From contig JAANOX010000072.1 in assembly GCA_020184695.1 (NCBI GenBank), positions 1 to 55,079 of the forward strand: 55,079 nucleotides of DNA, written 5' to 3'. The notes below the pieces were generated by a model. The model searched no databases. It had not been told where the DNA came from and saw only the letters and a program-made list of their open reading frames with translations. The position numbers and the translations under genes were made by a program. Shown here piece by piece: positions 43,001 to 52,094 of the stretch. Numbering within the stretch: position 1 is the stretch's first letter; every line of letters starts with the position of its first letter. The stretch comes from Histomonas meleagridis 2922-C6/04-290x (lineage: Eukaryota; Protista; Parabasalia).

Positions 43001-44317
43001 TATTTTCATTAAACCTTCTCCAAATGTGATTGTTGTTAAATTAGTACAATATAAAAATGTACCATATTCAATTGTAGAAACTTTATTTGGTATTTTAATA
43101 TCCTTTAATGAAACACATAAAGGAAATACACTTTTTCCAATTATTTTAACTTCATTTCCTATTATAATATTTTCTAAGTTAGTACAACTATTAAATTCAA
43201 AATCACCAATTGATATTACAGAATTTGGAATTAAAATATTTTTTATCTTTTCACAAAAATAAAAAGCGTAATTGGAAATAAAAATTATTGTTTCAGGTAT
43301 ATTAAATTCTTTGTTTTTTTTACCTGATGGATAACAAATAATTTGATTTAAATCTTTATTATAAATTACACCATCATTATCATAATTAGAATAATATAAA
43401 TTTTCTTTTGATATATTAATATAATTTAAAGAATTACATTCTAAAAAAGCACCTTCTCCTATTGAAATCACAGAACTTGGAATCATAATATATGTTAAAG
43501 AAGAACAAAAATGAAATGAATACATTCCAATGATTTTAAGTCCATTTCCAAAAGTAATATGTTCTAAAGATATACATGAACTAAATGCATAAAGATCAAT
43601 CAAATATACTTTGTTTGGAATTTTAATATTCTTTAATAAAGAACATGAAATAAATGCACGTTCACTTATTTGTTCTACATTTTTTCCAAATGAAACTGAT
43701 GCTAATTTGGAACATGATGAAAATGCATATGCACCAATTGTTTGAACTGAATTTCCAATTTCAGCAGAAATTATCATCCATTGTTCAAAAGAATGATAAG
43801 GAATGTATGTAATATTTCCTCCTATAATAACGTGTTTTGTAATTCCATAAAAAGCTTGTGAAAACTCATTAGAATTATTAATGATCAAAGTATCTGTTGC
43901 TTGATTAAATACCTCAAATGAATGAATAGGAAACAAAATTAAAATCAACTTAAAATTAAAAGTTTTATTAGGATTTAACTTTGTAATAATATATCTTTTG
44001 TAAATCAAAAATAATAAAACAGTAAAGATTATAGAAAAAATATTATAATACATAGTAGAAAATATTCTGTATGTGTATATACCAAATGGAAAGTAACAAT
44101 CATGAGATAAGTTTTTTGTATTCTGTGTTACCACACAACATGCTTCAACCTTTTTTAGATGAAATTGATCTGAGGATAAACAAAATTTAGAAAATGAATC
44201 GGAAACCACATTGTGAGTTGAAAATGAGTGCACCTGAGTCATCCATAAAATCAAATATTGGTAAATCATTTTTTTAATTTTTGGATCCATTTGAGCTGAT
44301 AATTTTTCTGCCCACAT
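40073..44317 (-). CDS. Large BspA-like (TpLRR) surface protein, 1414 aa, with an atypical N-terminal extension
   Basis: Dozens of 22-23-aa TpLRR repeats, TM segment LLIVLAIFGVIVLILIIVVVSILYC and tail ending ILKDFG. Confidence 0.95.
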   Translation of the reverse strand: MWAEKLSAQMDPKIKKMIYQYLILWMTQVHSFSTHNVVSDSFSKFCLSSDQFHLKKVEACCVVTQNTKNLSHDCYFPFGIYTYRIFSTMYYNIFSIIFTVLLFLIYKRYIITKLNPNKTFNFKLILILFPIHSFEVFNQATDTLIINNSNEFSQAFYGITKHVIIGGNITYIPYHSFEQWMIISAEIGNSVQTIGAYAFSSCSKLASVSFGKNVEQISERAFISCSLLKNIKIPNKVYLIDLYAFSSCISLEHITFGNGLKIIGMYSFHFCSSLTYIMIPSSVISIGEGAFLECNSLNYINISKENLYYSNYDNDGVIYNKDLNQIICYPSGKKNKEFNIPETIIFISNYAFYFCEKIKNILIPNSVISIGDFEFNSCTNLENIIIGNEVKIIGKSVFPLCVSLKDIKIPNKVSTIEYGTFLYCTNLTTITFGEGLMKIDEYAFSSCSQLNSITIPNSVNFIGDEVFSSCSNLETFHFGENVETIGINIFFLCLSLTTIKIPKKLTSIEYGTFWCCSSLLSVNFEGNITSIKDNAFSSCISLTNITIPNSVITIGNDAFSSCIELKKFIISNSVTKIGNSVFDGCFELEEIIIGENVEVIGNSVFRSCLSLTNIKIPDSVTSLGNSVFDSCKKLEKVIIGNNVKIINDNTFSKCINLKTIIIGENVNTFGSCVFISCNSLKNFTSLSINIIGQRSFFQCKKLEFISFPNLKICPTECFAECISLKTIDLPLLEIVGVSSFSSCSNLEEINLPNITYISDYGFSNCFSLITINLINVKKIGDRTFSNCFYLKNCTFPNLREAGSYVFENCNSFDRFDAPNLINCSGNLFQGQNVITNFSFPNLEIAPEYLFSNQKIKNLYIPKCNELKNSCFENSTFVSSDYIKEFHLNVTKIGDKCFYKCECSNAVLHLPYLEYAGDYSFSNSKSVINFDFPSLKICGDSVFKNCSQLIYMNLPKLEILGKEVFVGTNLKRINASNLYEIGNGCFKDLALLTDINIPNVLILGDECFMNTGIKVINFTKLKKVGARCFSNCNKVVSFDHEISKINNCIFESCENLESISLPNIIEINSYSFCNCIKLKYLNVPKIQIIGDYAFYNCKSLEYINLTNIFQIGSSSFESCPNISNVDLPKLKNIGNNTFKNCFSLINITLMIKETIYSSFFENCINLEVVNLPNIINVESKCFMNCYKLRNISLENVVKIESFAFSNCVSLEILILDNLNIIYNNAFENCSSLEMVLFEQLIEFVGDECFKGCSSLSFIHFPSLYIASYESKNIFKGCSSLSIISFPENPPSFDMNVFESTNRSIVQKNGIFVYNITLCLPYMKNYDNYNINNTKQWNKILAVKPDDYFDICYFTKDTKSKSNNLLIVLAIFGVIVLILIIVVVSILYCKKSKAIRIRQAEYHNRLLGEQILKDFG

Positions 44318-44471
44318 TGAAATAAAATGATTTCAATAAATGTCACTCAAAAAGTTTCCACTTTTTAAATTCATTTTGTCACTTTTAATCCTGCTTCAAT
44401 TTCTTGGAACAAAAAGCATAAACACTAATCCATATGGATAAATTTTTTAAAGGGTACGAAACATAGAATGT

Positions 44472-45581
44472 TTATGGATACTTACAACGTAGGAACGGTC
44501 CATTTGAATTTTTTGAGAAGTATTGTTCGAAAATGCACTTATTACAACTCAGGCAGTCAACACGTTTGATTTTCCCTTCCATGTACATTTTAACCAAATT
44601 AGGTTGTCGAATAAAAGGTCTGGACATTGATACAATATCATATCTTTTTTCCTTAACAGCTTTTTCCATCAGCGCGAAGTTCCTATGTCCTCCGACTGAT
44701 GCAATTATTTTATCAGGGTTCTGCTTCTTAATGTATTCGGCGCTCTCTTGGTTGAAATCTTCTCTAAACGCCCACGGATTGAAAAAGTTACACAAAACCG
44801 CCGGAAAACCGACCGTTTGGAATGAGATTGATGTCATAAAGTTTCCCAATCCGCATGATATCTCAAATAAATCTATTCCTTTGAGCATACTAACATACTT
44901 GGAACAAAGCTTTGGCCTCACACCAAGCAATCCCAAGTTGTCAGTGCCGTTCATTTTGATTCCAATAGCAAACTCAGGACTTGTTGATGCTCGAATAGAA
45001 TCAACAATTTCTTGGATAATTCGTATGCGTCTTTCAGGAGATCCGCCATATTTGTCATTCCTACGATTTGTTAATGGTGAAAGAAAAAGAGAGAGTAAAT
45101 ACCCATGTGCAGCATGAATTTGAACGCCGTCTGCACCAATTGATTCTGCGTAAACAGATGCTTTCCTGAAATCCTCAATGAGATCTTCTATTTCTGCGAT
45201 TGTGTATGATTTAGAAAAAGGAAAAATTCTTGATGGAGTACGTTTCTCTGAAGTTAAAGATGCTATACCACAATGTGCAATTTGAAACATAATTTTGGAT
45301 CCTTCCTTGTGAACTTCATCAACAGTTGATTTCCAGCTTTTTGCTTTTTCAAGAGAATCAAATCCACATTGTCCTGGCAATCCCTTCCCGTTTTTATTAA
45401 CATATACATAGCCTGGAATAATTAACCCTGTTTTGCCTTTAGCTAATTTTTTTATTGTTTTTTTATGTTCTTCTGTTGGAAACCCGTCTGATTCTGAAAA
45501 CAGTTCACATGTCGCGGACCTCATAAAATGATTGGGAAGAGTCATGGGGCCCACTTGAATGGGGCTGGACAAAACAGACAT
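44472..45581 (-). CDS. NADH:flavin oxidoreductase / old yellow enzyme family
   Basis: NHFMRSATCE, FQIAHCG, DGVQIHAAHGYLLSLFLSPLTNRRNDKYGGS, SMSRPFIRQP, CLSCNKC. Likely ATG is 45581. Confidence 0.95.
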   Translation of the reverse strand: MSVLSSPIQVGPMTLPNHFMRSATCELFSESDGFPTEEHKKTIKKLAKGKTGLIIPGYVYVNKNGKGLPGQCGFDSLEKAKSWKSTVDEVHKEGSKIMFQIAHCGIASLTSEKRTPSRIFPFSKSYTIAEIEDLIEDFRKASVYAESIGADGVQIHAAHGYLLSLFLSPLTNRRNDKYGGSPERRIRIIQEIVDSIRASTSPEFAIGIKMNGTDNLGLLGVRPKLCSKYVSMLKGIDLFEISCGLGNFMTSISFQTVGFPAVLCNFFNPWAFREDFNQESAEYIKKQNPDKIIASVGGHRNFALMEKAVKEKRYDIVSMSRPFIRQPNLVKMYMEGKIKRVDCLSCNKCIFEQYFSKNSNGPFLRCKYP

Positions 45582-46298
45582 AGTTCTATCTTTATATTGT
45601 GAAATTGAATGAAAAAGAGAAATGCCAAAAATATTTTTTTCAATTTTTTTTGTCAAAAATGATTTTTCAGCGTTGTCGTATCATCATTTTGTTCAACTAA
45701 ACATTTAAATATATATCTGCCATTGGTTTTGAGAAGTCTTAAGAATCTTCCTGTTCAATATGATTATAAATTTGTTCAATAAAATAATAATTTCGAAATT
45801 TCAATTAAGATCAAATATATTCGAAAAGTGGCTTATTTTAGAAATGTTTTGAGACATTATGATGAATACTGTTTGATTATCATGTGGAAACGGACGAATT
45901 GGTTATAACAGTCGCATATTTATATTTTTAATTCAAATTTCAATGAATTTTTGTACCCTACTCAAAAAATAAGTCACCAGAAAATCCAACCACAAATTGT
46001 TTGTTCCGGTAATCTATTCAGTATTTAACGCATATAATAAGGAAAATACTTCACTCACACTTATCAGGCAAAGATTAATATTAATGATGACAGTAAAAGT
46101 ATCGATTATTATCTTAGACATCCTTAAATTTTGGGATGAGCTCCATCCAAATTTTCGGCGCCATTTTTCAATGAAAATTTCAAACACTCAAAAATTGAAT
46201 TAGATTATTTTACAATATTTTACTTTTTGACTGCTTCGGATTACACCAAAATCGATTTTGAATAGAACAATTGTGGTGCCGTTTACTATTAAAGAAGA

Positions 46299-47210
46299 AT
46301 GATTGATGGGTTACCTGTTCCTGATCTTGAAATATTCGATGATGACGATGAACCCGAACAAATAATGTTCTCTCCTCTGCCATCATCAATGCACAGGTTA
46401 ACCGAAGAAGAATTTGATCAATTATTTAAATTGTGTCGTATTTCATTCCAAAATGATTTTATGAGTCCGTTAAAGTGTACAAGTAATTCTGCAGTTTATA
46501 AGGTAACATCAATCGACAACGAAAATCGATATGCTATAAAAATCACAGATCACATAAAAAGAGTTAGAGACGAATTTGCTCGAATTCAAATGATGGAAAA
46601 AGAAAAAATTAATTCACCATACTTTGTCAAAACAATTTCATATTTTGAAATTCCGACAAAAGCAATGATTCAAATGGAACTTTGTGAAAAAGGTGACATT
46701 TCAGATATTATTTTTGAGGAACCTGATATTTGGTATTTAATACATGATATTGGGATGGCATTACAGATTCTCCATTCACATGAATTGATGCATTTAGATG
46801 TATCTCCTGGTAACATATTAATGACAAATGATGGTCATTTCAAATTAGCAGATTTTGGTACACTTACTAAAATAAATCATTTCACGGAAGGAGATGAAGG
46901 TGCAGGACCATATGTATCACCAGAAGCTCTTGCATATCCTAATGGAATACATTTGGTAACAACAGCAACAGACATTTTTAGTTTTGGAGTCGTTTTAATG
47001 GAGGCTGTAACAGGAAAAAATGCACCAAGAGGCGGAAGCCAGGGCTACGCAAAACTTCGGAAAGGAGAAATTGGTGTTGGACATGGTATATACCAGACAA
47101 ATTGCACTCCAGAATTACGCGATTTGATAAACTCAATGATGCGCCCGAATCCAAGTGAAAGGCCAAGCGCAGAGTGGATTGTTAATGTTTCTTGTTCTCA
47201 TTGTAATTAA
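46299..47210 (+). CDS. Wee1/Myt1-like protein kinase
   Basis: YAIKI, HLDVSPGNI, KLADFG, EGDEGAGPYVSPE, DIFSFG; Gly-rich loop degenerate. Confidence 0.8.
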   Translation: MIDGLPVPDLEIFDDDDEPEQIMFSPLPSSMHRLTEEEFDQLFKLCRISFQNDFMSPLKCTSNSAVYKVTSIDNENRYAIKITDHIKRVRDEFARIQMMEKEKINSPYFVKTISYFEIPTKAMIQMELCEKGDISDIIFEEPDIWYLIHDIGMALQILHSHELMHLDVSPGNILMTNDGHFKLADFGTLTKINHFTEGDEGAGPYVSPEALAYPNGIHLVTTATDIFSFGVVLMEAVTGKNAPRGGSQGYAKLRKGEIGVGHGIYQTNCTPELRDLINSMMRPNPSERPSAEWIVNVSCSHCN

Positions 47211-48022
47211 AATGGTTTTTTCAGGGTTAATTGATGTTCCTAATTAAATAATAAACTGTTTCCCGTACGTTAAACTTAAATTCTCAAAAAATTAAAAATA
47301 TTTTGATCACTAAATGCTATATTTAATGATAAAGAATCAGAATTTTATTTTTTCTTAGAGTTAATGATGAGGGGGAAAGGAGCATGATGATAGATCTTCA
47401 TGAAAAATAATTTATCTATCGAATGGATAAAAAAACGTTTTAAATGTAGCAAATCGTTAAAACAAAGTGAAGATATCCAAGCTGTATAAAATTGTTGATA
47501 ATAGGTGGTGTGTTTTATTTCATTCTACAAAAACAGTAAAAAGTTTTATCGGATTTAACCCCAAACAGTAACCCAAACCGTTGTCATAAAAACATGATAT
47601 GCATTCATGTAATCATGATTGAAAGTAAACTGGTTATTTTGAAGTTGTTGTTTTGTAACGAGTTTTTCTTTGGACTGTTTATTGATTCAGCTGATTTGCT
47701 TTTTTACACGAACAAATAACGTCAATTAACTATAGTTATGCTCGAACAAAATGCAGATGGATTTTTAAGTTGGCATTTTTCGTGGCATTTTTTTCTTGAC
47801 AGTTCTAGTACAGCTTTATCAAAAAAATAACTGTTAATTTTTATTAACCCATATAAAACTTATATTAATAATTTATTAAAAGATTTAAGTAATACTTCCC
47901 TTTATTTATGTTTTAGAGAACTCTTCATTTTATTTTAAAGGTTGCATTACATCAATTTGATGATATCATTTACTGTTGTTATCTATTTCTTCTTTGATAT
48001 CTTAAAATATTATGAATGATTA

Positions 48023-49097
48023 TTAAAATAAAATTAAGAATAATAAAGAAATAATACTTGCACCAAAAGCAAGTGTAACAGTTTTTGAAGTAGATCTTAA
48101 TGAAAATGAATTTGATGTAATATTTGAGTTCGTGATTGAATTAGAATATATTTTAGAATTTGTATATGATACAGAAGATGCATTTGCTGTTGTAAATGCA
48201 TTCGATTGTGTAAATGAGTTCGATAGTGTAAATGAGTTTGATTGTGTAAATGAGTTTGATTGTGTAAATGGATGTGTTGGCCATGGTTGACAATTTTCGA
48301 TTGTTGTTCCTTTTTGATACATCAAATTCACCAAATTTTGTTGAATTATATCTTTTAAGAGAAGTACAATAGGCAAATGCACTATTCTCAATTGTAGTTA
48401 TGTTATTTCCAAAAATAACATCTGATAATTTATGACATTCATAAAAAGCAAGCATTTTAATTGTAGAGAGTGAATTTGGTAATTTAATTCGTTCAAGTGA
48501 AGATTCAGCAAATGATTCCTCACCAATACTAATCAGATTTTCGTTAAAAATTACTTCTGTTAAGTTAAGGCAACGAGAAAATGCTTCATCTCCTATTATA
48601 GACAGTGATTTAGGTAATTTAATTCTTGCAAGTAGAACGCATTCACAAAATGCGCTGAAATTGATTTCCATAAGCTTTCCTCCAAAATTAACTTCAGTTA
48701 ATTTTCGACATCTGAAAAATGCATAATCTCCAATGGAAGAAAGTGAATTTGGTAATGAAATTTTACTAAATGCACATCCATAAAATGAATAAATGCCAAT
48801 TGATGTTAGATTTTCTCCAAAAATTACTTTAGACAAATTTTTGCAATTATAAAACGCCTCATTACCAATTAGAGAAACTGAATTTCCAATTTTAGCAGAT
48901 GCAAGTTTCATCCACCCACTAAATACACCAGACGGTATTGAAGTAATATTATCATCAATAATCAAAAATAATGTTTCATTTTTATAGAGTGTTGTATTTA
49001 TAAAATCATCTGAAGTTTTTATTGTAAGTGTTTTTGTTGTATTATCAAATATTCCAAATGTGGGTATAATTAGAAAGCAAAATATCTGAACAATCAT
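48023..49097 (-). pseudogene. Short BspA-like gene with one frameshift (T5 run at 48311-48315) and an internal deletion; hydrophobic C-terminus with no tail
   Basis: Removing one base joins the two track ORFs as ...SLKRYNSTKFGEFDVSKGTTIENCQPWPTHPFTQSNS... An 18-bp FTQSNS repeat lies at about 48200-48270. The frameshift could be a sequencing error. Confidence 0.75.
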
Positions 49098-49363
49098 TCC
49101 TTTCCTATGAAAACAATAATGAAAATGGTTTCTGAGTTCATAAAATAAGACATAAAACTAAAATTATGATTCTAAAGTTTAAGACAAATGCTTTCTTTCA
49201 TAAATTATATCAAAAATTTCATTTCAAAAAAGAAATTACTGGTAAAAGAAAATAAATATCTTCAAAATGAAAATAAATTTTAATATAAAATACATTTACT
49301 TTCAAGAAGTACCTTAACGCTTTCTGTGTGACCTTTTTTACATGCGAAAATTAGCGCTGTTTT

Positions 49364-49440
49364 AAATGATTCAAATAATTTCCAAATATTATTACCAAAT
49401 TTTAAATAATTAAGATAATCTTTAACTAAAAAATTTAAAT
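49364..49440 (-). other. Ankyrin intervening sequence 7 (77 nt)
   Basis: Between TCT AAA AAT and AAA ACA GCG CTA; contains ATAATATTTGGAAATT. Confidence 0.75.
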
Positions 49441-49526
49441 ATTTTTAGAATTGACATTAATTCCTTAAGAAGCAATTTAATGGCATCTACTTGACCTGTT
49501 CTAGCTGCAATCATCAGTGCTGAGTT

Positions 49527-49603
49527 AAATAATTTGTATAATTTCCAAATATTACTTTGAAATATAAAATCACATAAATAAACTTTAAACAGAATAAATC
49601 AAT
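49527..49603 (-). other. Ankyrin intervening sequence 6 (77 nt)
   Basis: Between AGT GTT GAT and AAC TCA GCA CTG; contains GTAATATTTGGAAATT. Confidence 0.75.
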
Positions 49604-49696
49604 ATCAACACTTTTTATATTAATATCTTTTCGTGAAAGAAGCATTTTAATTACACCAAGATGACCATTTTCAATTGCTTTTATAAGTGCTGTATG

Positions 49697-49773
49697 AAAT
49701 AATATGATTAATTATTATATATTATTTTAAAACATAAAATTTTTGAAATCAACAACAAGCAAAGCAAATAAAA
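49697..49773 (-). other. Ankyrin intervening sequence 5 (77 nt)
   Basis: Between TCT AAA GAT and CAT ACA GCA CTT; internal motif degenerate (ATAATATATAATAATT). Confidence 0.75.
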
Positions 49774-49866
49774 ATCTTTAGAATTGATATCAATTCCATC
49801 TTGATCAAGAAACAAATCGACTATTTCAACGTTTCCATTTTCAGATGCAAAATGGAGTGGTGAAAG

Positions 49867-49944
49867 AAAAAATATAAAAAAAAATTTAAATATTATATTG
49901 AAATATGAAATCAATAAATTAAATCCAAAATAGGATAAAGAAAT
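49867..49944 (-). other. Ankyrin intervening sequence 4 (78 nt, in frame)
   Basis: Between GTT AAA GAT and CTT TCA CCA CTC; internal motif degenerate (ATAATATTTAAATT). Confidence 0.7.
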
Positions 49945-50037
49945 ATCTTTAACACTAGGATTAATTTCTTTTTGTTCAAGGAATAATTCAACCATTTCTA
50001 AATCATTATTTTTAGTAGCTTTTATAAGTGCAGTTTC

Positions 50038-50115
50038 TAATAATCCGAACAAATTCCATATATTATTATTAAATATAAAGTTAATAAAATAAATTCTAAA
50101 TAAAACAAAATAAAA
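50038..50115 (-). other. Ankyrin intervening sequence 3 (78 nt, in frame)
   Basis: Between GAT GAA GAT and GAA ACT GCA CTT; contains ATAATATATGGAATTT. Confidence 0.75.
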
Positions 50116-50208
50116 ATCTTCATCATTAACATTAATTCCTTTTTGTTTAAGAAGGAATTCAACCATTTCTAAATTGTCTTTATCTGCAGCTTTAATAAGT
50201 GCTGTTTG

Positions 50209-50288
50209 AAATAATTTTTCATAAGTTCCATATAATCAAGATAAAAATTAAAACAATAAAATAATTTTTAAAAAAAAAACAAATGAAA
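50209..50288 (-). other. Ankyrin intervening sequence 2 (80 nt)
   Basis: Between GTA AAA GAT and CAA ACA GCA CTT; contains ATTATATGGAACTT. Confidence 0.75.
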
Positions 50289-50453
50289 ATCTTTTACATT
50301 TATATCAATTCCTTTTTTAATAAGTGATACAACTTTTTTTGTTTCACCTTTTTCAGATGCATTTATAAGTTCTTTAATTTCTTTTTCTTTCTTATTAAGT
50401 AAATCTACAACTTCAGTATAACCATTTTTATATGCTATTTCAAGTGGTGTTTT

Positions 50454-50530
50454 AAAAGTTTTAAATAATTTCCAAATATTATTTTGAAACATAAAATCAT
50501 TATAATAAATTTTAAATAAAACAAATGAAT
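50454..50530 (-). other. Ankyrin intervening sequence 1 (77 nt)
   Basis: Between ...AAT GAA AAT and AAA ACA CCA CTT; contains ATAATATTTGGAAATT. Confidence 0.75.
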
Positions 50531-51303
50531 ATTTTCATTGATGTTAACTCCTTTTTGTTCTATAATAAATTTAATAAGTTCAATGTTTTTTGTTTCTAAA
50601 GATGTTAATAAAATACCTTTTGGTATTGGATTATTTTGTATAAAATACTTTACGAGATATAAGTTTCCATTTTTTGTTGCATTTAAAATACAATTTTCAA
50701 TAACCAAAATTTGTCTTTTTTCTGTTAAATAATAAAGAATTTCATAATTTGCATTGTTAATCCATATGCTTTCTAAATCAGCTGATTTCAATCCAAAACC
50801 TGCTATGTCTTTTTCATAAATATATTTAAAGATATCATTTTGGTGAAATTTAATTGCTGTTTCATGTGCATTATTAAATGATGAGTTATTTTGTTCACAT
50901 AAATGAATTATTTCTAAGTTTCCTCCTGCAATTGCATATTTACCCGTGTTATTTACATTTGCATTATTCATAAGTAAATATTTAAAACATTTAAATGAAG
51001 ATGCTGCATAATCAATTAATGAAACATTGTTTTGATTAATAAATGAACATTTTTTCAAAAAGTGATCGTTCAATTGTTTGATTAAAATCAAAATTATTTT
51101 GTGATGATATTTCTTGTAATTTTTGTAATTCATCATTTCGAATTAGTTTTGCAATTTCATTTGAATTAACTCCTTCTTGAATTAATTTTTTATGAAGTTT
51201 TCAATTATTATTTGATAGTTCTTCATAATGATCTAAAAAATCTTTATCTAATGAATTATAATACATGTTTGAAGCAGGATTGAGTTACACTCCTTGGGGA
51301 TCG

Positions 51304-51943
51304 ATGGGCAGCAATAAACCTTCCAATAGCAAAGGAACATAGGAAAACAGCGCACCTACAAGTCCAAGGGTTTCTTCAAGTAATAATTTTCAATCAACAA
51401 ATACTCACAATCCATTTAATTGTGGCAAACATAATGTAAAAGATAAAATAAAAGCTATTCCAGATCCTCCTGATAATTTATTTAAGCCTAATACACGAAA
51501 TGTAAAATCATCAACTCAAAATAAAGGAACTAAACCAACGACAGTAGCACCACCACCACCAACATCATTTGAAGCAAATAATAATATAAATAAACCAACG
51601 ACAGTAGCACCACCACCGTCAGTATCATTTGGAACAAATAATAATGAAAATAAGCCAACTCCATCCTAACAACACCAACTCCTTCACTAACAACACCAAC
51701 TCATTCACAAACACCAACAGCAGCTGCATCTCAAATAATGTCACTGATGCAAATGAAGAATGTGAATGTGCTCCACAACAAAATCTAATGCCACTTCAAA
51801 GTCCATATTTCATTATATATGTTCCATACCCAGTAATGAGTTTCTGTTCTCCGTATTATTATTGGTCAATGTATCCTTATGCATTTCCATATTATTATTA
51901 CATGATGCTACCTTTCATATACCCATTTCCACCAATATTTTGA
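51304..51943 (+). pseudogene. Broken low-complexity gene (Pro/Thr/Asn-rich, with a Tyr/Pro-rich C-terminus)
   Basis: The frame from ATG 51304 has TAG at 51340 and TAA at 51667, then continues in another frame to 51943. Confidence 0.5.
51531..51650 (+). repeat. 60-bp tandem repeat x2 (KPTTVAPPP unit)
   Basis: taaaccaacgacagtagcaccaccacc at 51531 and 51591. Confidence 0.85.
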
Positions 51944-52094
51944 TCAACGAACATAACTAAGTCAATAAAAATAGTCAAAAATTTCTTTTATATTTAAGAA
52001 AAGTTACTCAAATTACACTCCTCTTCACATATATATTATTGCGAATGAATTGAAAAATATAAAAATACATAAGAAAATAATTTATTTTTACGAT

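Larger units (their letters stand above)
49280..51266 (-). pseudogene. DUF3447-type ankyrin-repeat gene, interrupted by seven intervening sequences and carrying coding lesions
   Basis: N-terminal ...KLHKKLIQEGVNSNEIAKLIRNDE...SLIDYAA..FKCFKYL..AIAGGNLEIIHLCEQ, then xT[AP]L...GINxNxKD repeats. Lesions: TGA at 51201-51203 where Trp is expected, A6 frameshift at 51050-51055, and a 7-nt loss in the block 49441-49526. Confidence 0.85.

Noticed and set aside
27463-44317. BspA repeat arrays as CRISPR or mobile repeats
   Set aside because: They are degenerate protein-level 22-23-aa LRR repeats, with no identical DNA repeat-spacer structure and no cas genes.
29522-45117. Antisense ORFs overlapping real genes (e.g. 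29522-29896, 31301-31615, 42360-42890, 44533-45117)
   Set aside because: Shadows caused by codon bias on the coding strand; no motifs.
49364-50530. Canonical GT-AG splicing of the ankyrin spacers using nearby GT and AG dinucleotides
   Set aside because: GT occurs near the 5' end in only some spacers and at variable positions. Available AGs lie inside conserved codons or give frameshifts. No ACTAAC branch motif is present.
51201-51203. TGA at a conserved Trp position as evidence for a variant genetic code
   Set aside because: TGA ends intact genes here (12382, 27463) and Trp is TGG elsewhere. The same locus has other lesions, so this is a nonsense mutation.
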